64,000 bases of DNA from Eledone cirrhosa (lineage: Eukaryota): positions 245,334,001-245,398,000 of the forward strand of contig OZ024741.1 in NCBI GenBank assembly GCA_964016885.1. The letters are read 5' to 3'. The notes under the pieces were generated by a model. That model did not search any database, was not told the DNA's origin, and saw only the letters and a list, made by a program, of their open reading frames with translations. Shown here piece after piece: positions 14,301-27,300 of the stretch (positions within the stretch are counted from its first letter, which is position 1; each line of letters starts with the position of its first letter). A program made the position numbers and the translations under genes.

Positions 14301-16339
14301 TTTTTAATGGATTTTTAATGGGTTTTTAATGGATTTTTTTTAATGGATTTTTTTAATGGATTTTTAATGGATTTTTTTAATGGATTTTTTTTAATGGGTT
14401 TTTTTTAATGGATTTTTTTTTAATGGATTTTTTTAATGGGTTTTTTAAATGGATTTTTTACTGGATTTTTAATGGATTTTTAATGGGTTTTTAATGGATT
14501 TTTTTAAATTGATTTTTTTAATGGGTTTTTTTTAATGGCTTTTTTTTAATGGGTTTATTTAATGGCTTTTTTAAATGGATTTTTTAAATGGATTTTTTTA
14601 ATGGATTTTTTTTAATGGGTTTTTTAAATGGATTTTTTAATGGATTTTTTTAAATTGATTTTTTTTAATGGATTTTTTTTTTAATGGATTTTTTTAATGG
14701 TTTTTTTTAATGGCTTTTTTAAATGGATTTTTTTAATGGATTTTTTTAATGGATTTTTTTTAATGGGTTTTTTAAATGGATTTTTTAATGGATTTTTAAT
14801 AAATTTTTAATGGATTTTTAATGGGTTTTTAATGGATTTTTTAAATGGATTTTTTTAATGGATTTTTTTTAATGGGTTTTTTAAATGGATTTTTTTAATG
14901 GATTTTTAATGGATTTTTAATGGATTTTTAATGGTTTTTAATGGATTTTTTAAATGGATTTTTTTAATGGATTTTTTATGGATTTTTTAAATTGATTTTT
15001 TTTAATGGATTTTTTTAATGGATTTTTTTTAATGGATTTTTTTTTTTAATGGATTTTTTTTTAATGGGTTTTTTTAATGGCTTTTTTAAATGGATTTTTT
15101 TAATGGATTTCTTTAATGGATTTTTTTAATGGATTTTTTTTTAATGGGTTTTTTTAATGGCTTTTTTAAATGGATTTTTTTAATGGATTTTTTTTAATGG
15201 GTTTTTTTTTAATGGATTTTTTTTAATGGATTTTTTAAATGGATTTTTTTAATGAATTTTTTTTAATGGGTTTTTTTAAATGGATTTTTTTTAATGGATT
15301 TTTTAAATGAATTTTTTTAATGGATTTTTTTAATGGGTTTTTTAAATGGATTTTTTAATGGATTTTTAATGGATTTTTAATGGGTTTTTAATGGATTTTT
15401 TAATGGATTTTTTTAAATGGATTTTTTTAATGGATTTTTAATGGATTTTTTTTAATGGATTTTTTTAATGGATTTTTTAATGGATTTTTTAATGGATTTT
15501 TTTTAATGGATTTTTTTAATGGATTTTTTAAATGGATTTTTTAATGGATTTTTTTAATGGGTTTTTTTTAATGGATTTTTTTTTAATGGATTTTTTAAAT
15601 GGATTTTTTTAATGGCTTTTTTAAATGGATTTTTTTAATGGTTTTTTTTTAATGGGTTTTTTAAATGGATTTTTTAATGGATTTTTAATGGATTTTTAAT
15701 GGATTTTTAATGGGTTTTTAATGGATTTTTTTAAATGGATTTTTTTAATGGATTTTTAATGGATTTTTTTAAATTGATTTTTTTTAATGGATTTTTTTTT
15801 TAATGGATTTTTTTTTAATGGATTTTTTTTAATGGATTTTTTTAATGGGTTTTTTAAATGGATTTTTTAATGGATTTTTAATGGATTTTTAATGGGTTTT
15901 TTTAAATTGATTTTTTTAATGGGTTTTTTTTAATGGGTTTTTTTAATGGCTTTTTTAAATGGATTTTTTTAATGGATTTTTTAATGGATTTTTTTTAATG
16001 GGTTTTTTAAATGGATTTTTTAATGGATTTTTTTAAATGGATTTTTTTAATGGATTTTTAATGGATTTTTTTAAATTGATTTTTTTTAATGGATTTTTTT
16101 TAATGGATTTTTTTTTTAATGGATTTTTTTAATGGGTTTTTTTAATGGCTTTTTTAAATGGATTTTTTTAATGGTTTTTTTTTAATGGGTTTTTTAAATG
16201 GATTTTTTAATGGATTTTTAATTGATTTTTAATGGATTTTTAATGGGTTTTTAATGGATTTTTGAAATGGATTTTTTAATGGATTTTTTTTAATGGGTTT
16301 TTTAAATGGATTTTTTTAATGGATTTTTAATGGATTTTT

Positions 16340-16890
16340 AATGGATTTTTAATGGGTTTTTAATGGATTTTTTTTAATGGGTTTTTTAAATGGATTTTTT
16401 TAATGGATTTTTAATGGATTTTTAATGGATTTTTAATGGGTTTTTAATGGATTTTTTAAATGGATTTTTTTAATGGATTTTTAATGGATTTTTTAAATTG
16501 ATTTTTTTTAATGGGTTTTTTTAAATGGATTTTTTTTAATGGATTTTTTAAATGGATTTTATAATGGCTTTTTTTAATGGGTTTTTTAAATAGATTTTTT
16601 AATGAATTTTTAATGGATTTTTAATGGGTTTTTAATGGATTTTTTTTAATGGGTTTTTTAAATGGATTTTTTTAATGGATTTTTAATGGATTTTTAATGG
16701 ATTTTTAATGGGTTTTTAATGGATTTTTTAAATGGATTTTTTTAATGGATTTTTAATGGATTTTTTAAATTGATTTTTTTTAATGGGTTTTTTTAAATGG
16801 ATTTTTTTAAATGGATTTTTTAAATGGATTTTATAATGGCTTTTTTTAATGGGTTTTTTAAATAGATTTTTTAATGAATTTTTAATGGAT
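16340..16890 (+). repeat. 272 bp local tandem duplication
   Basis: The TTTTATAATGGC...AAATAGA...AATGAA cluster occurs twice, with TAG at 16591 and 16863. The paralogous region near 31.7 kb has only one copy. Confidence 0.88.
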
Positions 16891-18300
16891 TTTTAATGGA
16901 TTTTTAATGGATTTTTAATGGATTTTTTAATGACTTTTTTTAAATGGATTTTTTTAATGGATTTTTAATGGATTTTTTTTAATGGATTTTTTTTAATGGA
17001 TTTTTTTAATGGATTTTTTTTTTTTTTATGGATTTTTTTTAATGGGTTTTTTTAATGGCTTTTTTAAATGGATTTTTTTAATGGATTTTTTTAATGGATT
17101 TTTTAAATGGGTTTTTTAAATGGATTTTTTAATGTATTTTTAATGGATTTTTAATGGATTTTTAATGGTTTTTTAATGGATTTTTAATGGATTTTTTTAA
17201 TGGATTTTTAATGGATTTTTTTAATGGATTTTTTTTAATGGGTTTTTTTAATGGATTTTTTTTAATGAATTTTTTTTAATGGGTTTTTTTTTAATGGATT
17301 TTTTTTAATGGATTTTTTAAATGGATTTTTTTAATGGGTTTTTTTATAGGGTTTTTTTAAATGGATTTTTTTAAATGGATTTTTTAAATGAATTTTTTTA
17401 ATGGATTTTTTTAATGGGTTTTTTAAATGGATTTTTTAATGGATTTTTAATGGATTTTTAATGGGTTTTTAATGGATTTTTTAATGGATTTTTTTAAATG
17501 GATTTTTTTAATGGATTTTTAATGGATTTGTTTTAATGGATTTTTTTAATGGATTTTTTAATGGATTTTTTTATGGATTTTTTTTAATGGATTTTTTTTA
17601 ATGGATTTTTTAAATGGATTTTTTTAATGGATTTTTTTAATGGATTTTTTTTAATGGGTTTTTTAAATGGATTTTTTTTAATGGATTTTTTAAATTAATT
17701 TTTTTAATGGATTTTTTTAATGGGTTTTTTTAAATGGATTTTTTTTAATGGATTTTTTAAATGAATTTTTTTAATGGATTTTTTTAATGGGTTTTTTAAA
17801 TGGATTTTTTAATGGATTTTTAATGGATTTTTAATGGGTTTTTAATGGATTTTTTAATGGATTTTTTTAAATGGATTTTTATAATGGATTTTTAATGGAT
17901 TTTTTTTAATGGATTTTTTTAATGGATTTTTTAATGGATTTTTTTATGGATTTATTTTAATGGATTTTTTTTAATGGATTTTTTAAATTGATTTTTTTAA
18001 TGGATTTTTTTAATGGGTTTTTTTTAATGGATTTTTTTTTAATGGATTTTTTAAATGGATTTTTTAATGTATTTTTAATGGATTTTTAATGGATTTTTAA
18101 TGGGTTTTTAATGGATTTTTTTAAATGGATTTTTTTAATGGATTTTTAATGGATTTTTTTAATGTATTTTTTTTAATGGGTTTTTTTTAATGGATTTTTT
18201 TTTAATGGATTTTTTTTAATGGGTTTTTTTTTTAATGGATTTTTTTTAATGGATTTTTTAAATGGATTTTTTTAATGGATTTTTTTTAATGGGTTTTTTT
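16620..18300 (+). repeat. Long-range duplicated block (partner about 31520-33200, offset about 14,905)
   Basis: AAATAGA 16863/31768, T14 tract 17014/31919, TATAGGG 17346/32250, GGATTTATTTT 17954/32859. Confidence 0.9.
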
Positions 18301-21300
18301 AAAAGGATTTTTTTAAATGGATTTTTTTTAATGGATTTTTTAAATGAATTTTTTTAATGGGTTTTTTTTTTAATGGATTTTTTTAAATGGATTTTTTAAA
18401 TGGATTTTTTTAATGGATTTTTTTAATGGGTTTTTTTAAATGGGTTTTTTTTTAATGGATTTTTTTTAATGGATTTTTTAAATGGATTTTTTTAATGGAT
18501 TTTTTTTAATGGGTTTTTTAAATGGATTTTTTTATGGATTTTTAATGGATTTTTAATGGATTTTTAATGGGTTTTTAATGGATTTTTTTTAATGGGTTTT
18601 TTTAATGGATTTTTAATGGATTTTTTTAAATTGATTTTTTTTAATGGATTTTTTTTTTAATGGATTTTTATTTAATGGATTTTTTTTTAATGGATTTTTT
18701 TTAATGGGTTTTTTAAATGGATTTTTTAATGGATTTTTAATGGATTTTTAATGGGTTTTTAATGGATTTTTTTAAATGGATTTTTTAATGGATTTTTAAT
18801 GGATTTTTTTAAATTGATTTTTTTAATGGGTTTTTTTTAATGGCTTTTTTTTAATGGGTTTTTTTAATGGCTTTTTTAAATGGATTTTTTTAATGGATTT
18901 TTTCAATGGATTTTTTTTAATGGGTTTTTTAAATGGATTTTTTAATGGATTTTTTTAAATGGATTTTTTTAATGGATTTTTAATGGATTTTTTTTAATTG
19001 ATTTTTTTTAATGGATTTTTTTTAATGGATTTTTTTAATGGGTTTTTTTAATGGGTTTTTTAAATGGATTTTTTAATGGATTTTTAATGGATTTTTAATG
19101 GATTTTTAATGGGTTTTTAATGGATTTTTTAAATGGATTTTTTTAATGGATTTTTTTTAATGGGTTTTTTAAATGGATTTTTTTAATGGATTTTTAATGT
19201 ATTTTTAATGGATTTTTAATGGGTTTTTAATGGAATTTTTAAATGGATTTTTTTAATGGATTTTTTAAATTGATTTTTTTTAATGGGTTTTTTTAAATGG
19301 ATTTTTTTTAATGGATTTTTTAAATGGATTTTTTAATGGCTTTTTTTAATGGGTTTTTTAAATGGATTTTTTAATGGATTTTTAATGGATTTTTAATGCA
19401 TTTTTAATGGATTTTTAATGGATTTTTTAATGAGTTTTTTAAATGGATTTTTTTAATGGATTTTTAATGGATTTTTTTCTATGGATTTTTTTAATGGATT
19501 TTTTTTAATGGATTTTTTTTTTAATGGATTTTTTTTTAATGGGTTTTTTTAATGGCTTTTTTAAATGGATTTTTTTAATGGATTTTTTTAATGGATTTTT
19601 TTAATGGATTTTTTTAATGGTTTTTTTAAATGGATTTTTTAATGGATTTTTAATGGATTTTTAATGGATTTTTAATGGGTTTTTAATGGATTTTTTTAAA
19701 TGGATTTTTTTAATGGATTTTTAATGGATTTTTTTAATGGATTTTTTTTAATGGTTTCTTTTAATGGATTTTTTTTTAATGGATTTTTTTTAATGGGTTT
19801 TTTTTAATGGATTTTTTTTAATGGAATTTTTAAATGGATTTTTTTAATGGATTTTTTTTAATGGGTTTTTTTAAATGGATTTTTTTTAATGGATTTTTTA
19901 AATGAATTTTTTTAATGGATTTTTTTAATGGGTTTTTTAAATGGATTTTTTAATGGATTTTTAATGGATTATTAATGGGTTTTTAATGGATTTTTTAATG
20001 GATTTTTTTAAATGAATTTTTTTAATGGATTTTTAATGGATTTTTTTTAATGGATTTTTTTAATGGATTTTTTAATGGATTTTTTTATGGATTTTTTTTA
20101 ATGGATTTTTTTTAATGGATTTTTTAAATGGATTTTTTTAATGGATTTTTTTAATGGGTTTTTTTAATGGATTTCTTTTTAATGGATTTATTAAATGGAT
20201 TTTTTTAATGGATTTTTTTAATGGGTTTTTTAAATGGATTTTTTAATGTATTTTTAATGGATTTTTAATGGATTTTTAATGGGTTTTTAATGGATTTTTT
20301 TAAATGGATTTTTTTAATGGATTTATAATGGATTTTTTTAATGGATTTTTTTTAATGGGTTTTTTTTAATGGATTTTTTTTTAATGGATTTTTTTTAATG
20401 GGTTTTTTTTTTAATGGATTTTTTTTAATGGATTTTTTAAATGGATTTTTTTAATGGATTTTTTTTAATGGGTTTTTTTAAATGGATTTTTTTAAATGGA
20501 TTTTTTTTAATGGATTTTTTAAATGAATTTTTTTAATGGATTTTTTTAATGGGTTTTTTAAATGGATTTTTTAATGGATTTTTAATGGATTTTTAATGGG
20601 TTTTTAATGGATTTTTTAATGGATTTTTTTAAATGGATTTTTTTAATGGATTTTTAATGGATTTTTTTTAATGGATTTTTTAATGGATTTTTTTATGGAT
20701 TTTTTTTAATGGATTTTTTTTAATGGATTTTTTAAATGGATTTTTTTAATGGATTTTTTTAATGGGTTTTTTTTAATGGATTTTTTTTTAATGGATTTTT
20801 TAAATGGATTTGTTTTAATGGATTTTTTTTAATGGATTTTTTTTAATGGGTTTTTTAAATGGATTTTTAATGGATTTTTAATGGATTTTTAATGGATTTT
20901 TAATGGGTTTTTAATGGATTTTTTTAAATGGATTTTTTTAATGGATTTTTAATGGATTTTTTTAAATTGATTTTTTTTAATGGATTTTTTTTTAATGGAT
21001 TTTTTTTTAATGGATTTTTTTTTAATGGTTTTTTTTAATGGGTTTTTTTAATGGATTTTTTAATGGATTTTTAATGGATTTTTAATGGGTTTTTAATGGA
21101 TTTTTTTATGGATTTATTTTAATGGATTTTTTTTAATGGATTTTTTAAATTGATTTTTTTAATGGATTTTTTTAATGGGTTTTTTTTAATGGATTTTTTT
21201 TTAATGGATTTTTTAAATGGATTTTTTAATGTATTTTTAATGGATTTTTAATGGATTTTTAATGGGTTTTTAATGGATTTTTTTAAATGGATTTTTTTAA

Positions 21301-24300
21301 TGGATTTTTAATGGATTTTTTTAATGGATTTTTTTTAATGGGTTTTTTTTAATAGATTTTTTTTTAATGGATTTTTTTTAATGGGTTTTTTTTTTAATGG
21401 ATTTTTTTTAATGGATTTTTTAAATGGATTTTTTTAATGGATTTTTTTTAATGGGTTTTTTTAAAAGGATTTTTTTAAATGGATTTTTTTTAATGGATTT
21501 TTTAAATGAATTTTTTTAATGGGTTTTTTTTTTAATGGATTTTTTTAAATGGATTTTTTAAATGGATTTTTTTAATGGATTTTTTTAATGGGTTTTTTTA
21601 AATGGATTTTTTTAAATGGATTTTTTTTAATGGATTTTTTAAATGAATTTTTTTAATGGATTTTTTTAATGGGTTTTTTAAATGGATTTTTTAATGGATT
21701 TTTAATGGATTTTTAATGGGTTTTTAATGGATTTTTTAATGGATTTTTTGAAATGGATTTTTTTAATGGATTTTTAATGGATTTTTTTTAATGGATTTTT
21801 TTAATGGATTTTTTAATGGATTTTTTTATGGATTTTTTTTAATGGATTTTTTTTAATGGATTTTTTAAATGGATTTTTTTAATGGATTTTTTTAATGGGT
21901 TTTTTTTTAATGGATTTTTTTTTAATGGATTTTTTAAATGGATTTTTTTAATGGATTTTTTTAAATGGGTTTTTTAAATGGATTTTTTAATGGATTTTTA
22001 ATGGATTTTTAATGGATTTTTAATGGGTTTTTAATGGATTTTTTTTAATGGGTTTTTTTAATGGATTTTTAATGGATTTTTTTAAATTGATTTTTTTTAA
22101 TGGATTTTTTTTTTAATGGATTTTTATTTAATGGATTTTTTTTTAATGGATTTTTTTTAATGGGTTTTTTAAATGGATTTTTTAATGGATTTTTAATGGA
22201 TTTTTAATGGGTTTTTAATGGATTTTTTTAAATGGATTTTTTAATGGATTTTTAATGGATTTTTTTAAATTGATTTTTTTAATGGGTTTTTTTTAATGGC
22301 TTTTTTTTAATGGGTTTTTTTAATGGCTTTTTTAAATGGATTTTTTTAATGGATTTTTTCAATGGATTTTTTTTAATGGGTTTTTTAAATGGATTTTTTA
22401 ATGGATTTTTTTAAATGGATTTTTTTAATGGATTTTTAATGGATTTTTTTAAATTGATTTTTTTTAATGGATTTTTTTTAATGGATTTTTTTAATGGGTT
22501 TTTTTAATGGGTTTTTTAAATGGATTTTTTAATGGATTTTTAATGGATTTTTAATGGATTTTTAATGGGTTTTTAATGGATTTTTTAAATGGATTTTTTT
22601 AATGGATTTTTTTTAATGGGTTTTTTAAATGGATTTTTTTAATGGATTTTTAATGTATTTTTAATGGATTTTTAATGGGTTTTTAATGGAATTTTTAAAT
22701 GGATTTTTTTAATGGATTTTTTAAATTGATTTTTTTAATGGGTTTTTTTAAATGGATTTTTTTTAATGGATTTTTTAAATGGATTTTTTAATGGCTTTTT
22801 TTAATGGGTTTTTTAAATGGATTTTTTAATGGATTTTTAATGGATTTTTAATGCATTTTTAATGGATTTTTAATGGATTTTTTAATGAGTTTTTTAAATG
22901 GATTTTTTTAATGGATTTTTAATGGATTTTTTTCTATGGATTTTTTTAATGGATTTTTTTTAATGGATTTTTTTTTTAATGGATTTTTTTTTAATGGGTT
23001 TTTTTAATGGCTTTTTTAAATGGATTTTTTTAATGGATTTTTTTAATGGATTTTTTTAATGGATTTTTTTAATGGTTTTTTTAAATGGATTTTTTAATGG
23101 ATTTTTAATGGATTTTTAATGGATTTTTAATGGGTTTTTAATGGATTTTTTTAAATGGATTTTTTTAATGGATTTTTAATGGATTTTTTTAATGGATTTT
23201 TTTTAATGGTTTCTTTTAATGGATTTTTTTTAATGGATTTTTTTTAATGGGTTTTTTTTAATGGATTTTTTTTAATGGAATTTTTAAATGGATTTTTTTA
23301 ATGGATTTTTTTTAATGGGTTTTTTTAAATGGATTTTTTTTAATGGATTTTTTAAATGAATTTTTTTAATGGATTTTTTTAATGGGTTTTTTAAATGGAT
23401 TTTTTAATGGATTTTTAATGGATTATTAATGGGTTTTTAATGGATTTTTTAATGGATTTTTTTAAATGAATTTTTTTAATGGATTTTTAATGGATTTTTT
23501 TTAATGGATTTTTTTAATGGATTTTTTAATGGATTTTTTTATGGATTTTTTTTAATGGATTTTTTTTAATGGATTTTTTAAATGGATTTTTTTAATGGAT
23601 TTTTTTAATGGGTTTTTTTAATGGATTTCTTTTTAATGGATTTATTAAATGGATTTTTTTAATGGATTTTTTTAATGGGTTTTTTAAATGGATTTTTTAA
23701 TGTATTTTTAATGGATTTTTAATGGATTTTTAATGGGTTTTTAATGGATTTTTTTAAATGGATTTTTTTAATGGATTTATAATGGATTTTTTTAATGGAT
23801 TTTTTTTAATGGGTTTTTTTTAATGGATTTTTTTTTTAATGGATTTTTTTTAATGGGTTTTTTTTTTAATGGATTTTTTTTAATGGATTTTTTAAATGGA
23901 TTTTTTTAATGGATTTTTTTTAATGGGTTTTTTTAAATGGATTTTTTTAAATGGATTTTTTTTAATGGATTTTTTAAATGAATTTTTTTAATGGATTTTT
24001 TTAAAGGGTTTTTTAAATGGATTTTTTAATGGATTTTTAATGGATTTTTAATGGGTTTTTAATGGATTTTTTAATGGATTTTTTTAAATGGATTTTTTTA
24101 ATGGATTTTTAATGGATTTTTTTTAATGGATTTTTTAATGGATTATTTTATGGATTTTTTTTAATGGATTTTTTTTAATGGATTTTTTAAATGGATTTTT
24201 TTAATGGATTTTTTTAATGGGTTTTTTTTAATGGATTTTTTTTTAATGGATTTTTTAAATGGATTTGTTTTAATGGATTTTTTTTAATGGGTTTTTTAAA

Positions 24301-27300
24301 TGGATTTTTAATGGATTTTTAATGGATTTTTAATGGATTTTTAATGGGTTTTTAATGGATTTTTTTAAATGGATTTTTTTAATGGATTTTTAATGGATTT
24401 TTTTAAATTGATTTTTTTTAATGGATTTTTTTTTAATGGATTTTTTTTTAATGGATTTTTTTTTAATGGTTTTTTTTAATGGGTTTTTTTAATGGATTTT
24501 TTAATGGATTTTTAATGGATTTTTAATGGGTTTTTAATGGATTTTTTTAAATGGATTTTTTTAATGGATTTTTAATGGATTTTTTTAAATTGATTTTTTT
24601 AATGGGTTTTTTTAATGGCTTTTTTTAATGGGTTTTTTTAATGGCTTTTTTAAATGGATTTTTTTAATGGATTTTTTTAATGGATTTTTTTAATGGGTTT
24701 TTTAAATGGATTTTTTAATGGATTTTTTTAAATGGATTTTTTTAATGGATTTTTAATGGATTTTTTTAAATTGATTTTTTTTAATGGATTTTTTTTAATG
24801 GATTTTTTTTTTAATGGATTTTTTTAATGGGTTTTTTAAATGGATTTTTTAATGGATTTTTAATGGATTTTTAATGGATTTTTAATGGGTTTTTAATGGA
24901 TTTTTTTAATGGATTTTTTAATGGGTTTTTTAATGGATTTTTTATGATTTTAATGGATTTATGTTTAATGGGTTTTTTAATGGATTTTTTAATGGATTTT
25001 TTTTAATGGATTTTTTAATTGGTTTTTTAATGGGATTTTTTAAATGGTTTTTTATGGATTTTTAATGGATTTTTAATGGTTTAAGGGTTTTTTAATGGAT
25101 TTTTTAATGGATTTTTAATGGATTTTTAATGGATTTTTAATGGATTTTTAATAGATTTTTTAATGACTTTTTTAAATGGATTTTTTTAATGGATTTTTAA
25201 TGGATTTTTTTTAATGGATTTTTTTTAATGGATTTTTTTTAATGGATTTTTTTTTTTTAATGGATTTTTTTTTAATGGGTTTTTTTAATGGATTTTTTAA
25301 ATGGATTTTTTTAATGGATTTTTTTAATGGGTTTTTTAAATGGATTTTTTAATGGATTTTTAATGGATTTTTAATGGATTTTTAATGGGTTTTTAATGGA
25401 TTTTTTTTAAATGGATTTTTTTAATGGATTTTTAATGGATTTTTTTAATGGATTTTTTTTAATGAGTTTTTTTTAATGGATTTTTTTTTTATGGATTTTT
25501 TTTAATGGGTTTTTTAATGGATTTTTTTAATGGATTTTTTAAATGGATTTTTTTAATGGATTTTTTTTAATGGGTTTTTTTAAATGGATTTTTTTTAATG
25601 GATTTTTTAAATGAATTTTTTTAATGGATTTTTTTAATCGGTTTTTTAAATGGATTTTTTAATGGATTTTTAATGGATTTTAATGGGTTTTTAATGGATT
25701 TTTTAATGGATTTTTTTAAATGGATTTTTTTAATGGATTTTTAATGGATTTTTTTTAATGGATTTTTTTAATGGATTTTTTAATGGATTTTTTTATGGAT
25801 TTTTTTTAATGGATTTTTTTTAATGGATTTTTTAAATGGATTTTTTTAATGGATTTTTTTAATGGGTTTTTTTTAATGGATTTTTTTTTAATGGATTTTT
25901 TAAATGAATTTTTTTAATGGATTTTTTTAATGGGTTTTTTAAATGGATTTTTTTATGGATTTTTAATGGATTTTTAATGGGTTTTTAATGGATTTTTTAA
26001 TGGATTTTTTTAAATGGATTTTTATAATGGATTTTTAATGGATTTTTTTTAATGGATTTTTTTAATGGATTTTTTAATGGATTTTTTTATGGATTTATTT
26101 TAATGGATTTTTTTTAATGGATTTTTTAAATTGATTTTTTTAATGGATTTTTTTAATGGGTTTTTTTTAATGGATTTTTTTTTAATGGATTTTTTAAATG
26201 GATTTTTTAATGTATTTTTAATGGATTTTTAATGGATTTTTAATGGGTTTTTAATGGATTTTTTTAAATGGATTTTTTTAATGGATTTTTAATGGATTTT
26301 TTTAATGGATTTTTTTTAATGGGTTTTTTTTAATGGATTTTTTTTTAATGGATTTTTTTTAATGGGTTTTTTTTTTAATGGATTTTTTTTAATGGATTTT
26401 TTAAATGGATTTTTTTAATGGATTTTTTTTAATGGGTTTTTTTAAATGGATTTTTTTAAATGGATTTTTTTTAATGGATTTTTTAAATGAATTTTTTTAA
26501 TGGGTTTTTTTTTTAATGGATTTTTTTAAATGGATTTTTTAAATGGATTTTTTTAATGGATTTTTTTAATGGGTTTTTTTAAATGGATTTTTTTAAATGG
26601 ATTTTTTTTAATGGATTTTTTAAATGAATTTTTTTAATGGATTTTTTTAATGGGTTTTTTAAATGGATTTTTTAATGGATTTTTAATGGATTTTTAATGG
26701 GTTTTTAATGGATTTTTTAATGGATTTTTTGAAATGGATTTTTTTAATGGATTTTTAATGGATTTTTTTTAATGGATTTTTTTAATGGATTTTTTAATGG
26801 ATTTTTTTATGGATTTTTTTTAATGGATTTTTTTTAATGGATTTTTTAAATGGATTTTTTTAATGGATTTTTTTAATGGGTTTTTTTTTAATGGATTTTT
26901 TTTTAATGGATTTTTTAAATGGATTTTTTTAATGGATTTTTTTTAATGGGTTTTTTAAATGGATTTTTTAATGGATTTTTAATGGATTTTTAATGGATTT
27001 TTAATGGGTTTTTAATGGATTTTTTTTAATGGGTTTTTTTAATGGATTTTTAATGGATTTTTTTAAATTGATTTTTTTTAATGGATTTTTTTTTTTATGG
27101 ATTTTTATTTAATGGATTTTTTTTTAATGGATTTTTTTTAATGGGTTTTTTAAATGGATTTTTTAATGGATTTTTAATGGATTTTTAATGGGTTTTTAAT
27201 GGATTTTTTTAAATGGATTTTTTAATGGATTTTTAATGGATTTTTTTAAATTGATTTTTTTAATGGGTTTTTTTTAATGGCTTTTTTTTAATGGGTTTTT

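Noticed and set aside
14798-14803. AATAAA polyadenylation-like signal (also at 50344, 59468)
   Set aside because: It is a GG-to-AA monomer variant copied with the HOR, with no upstream gene.
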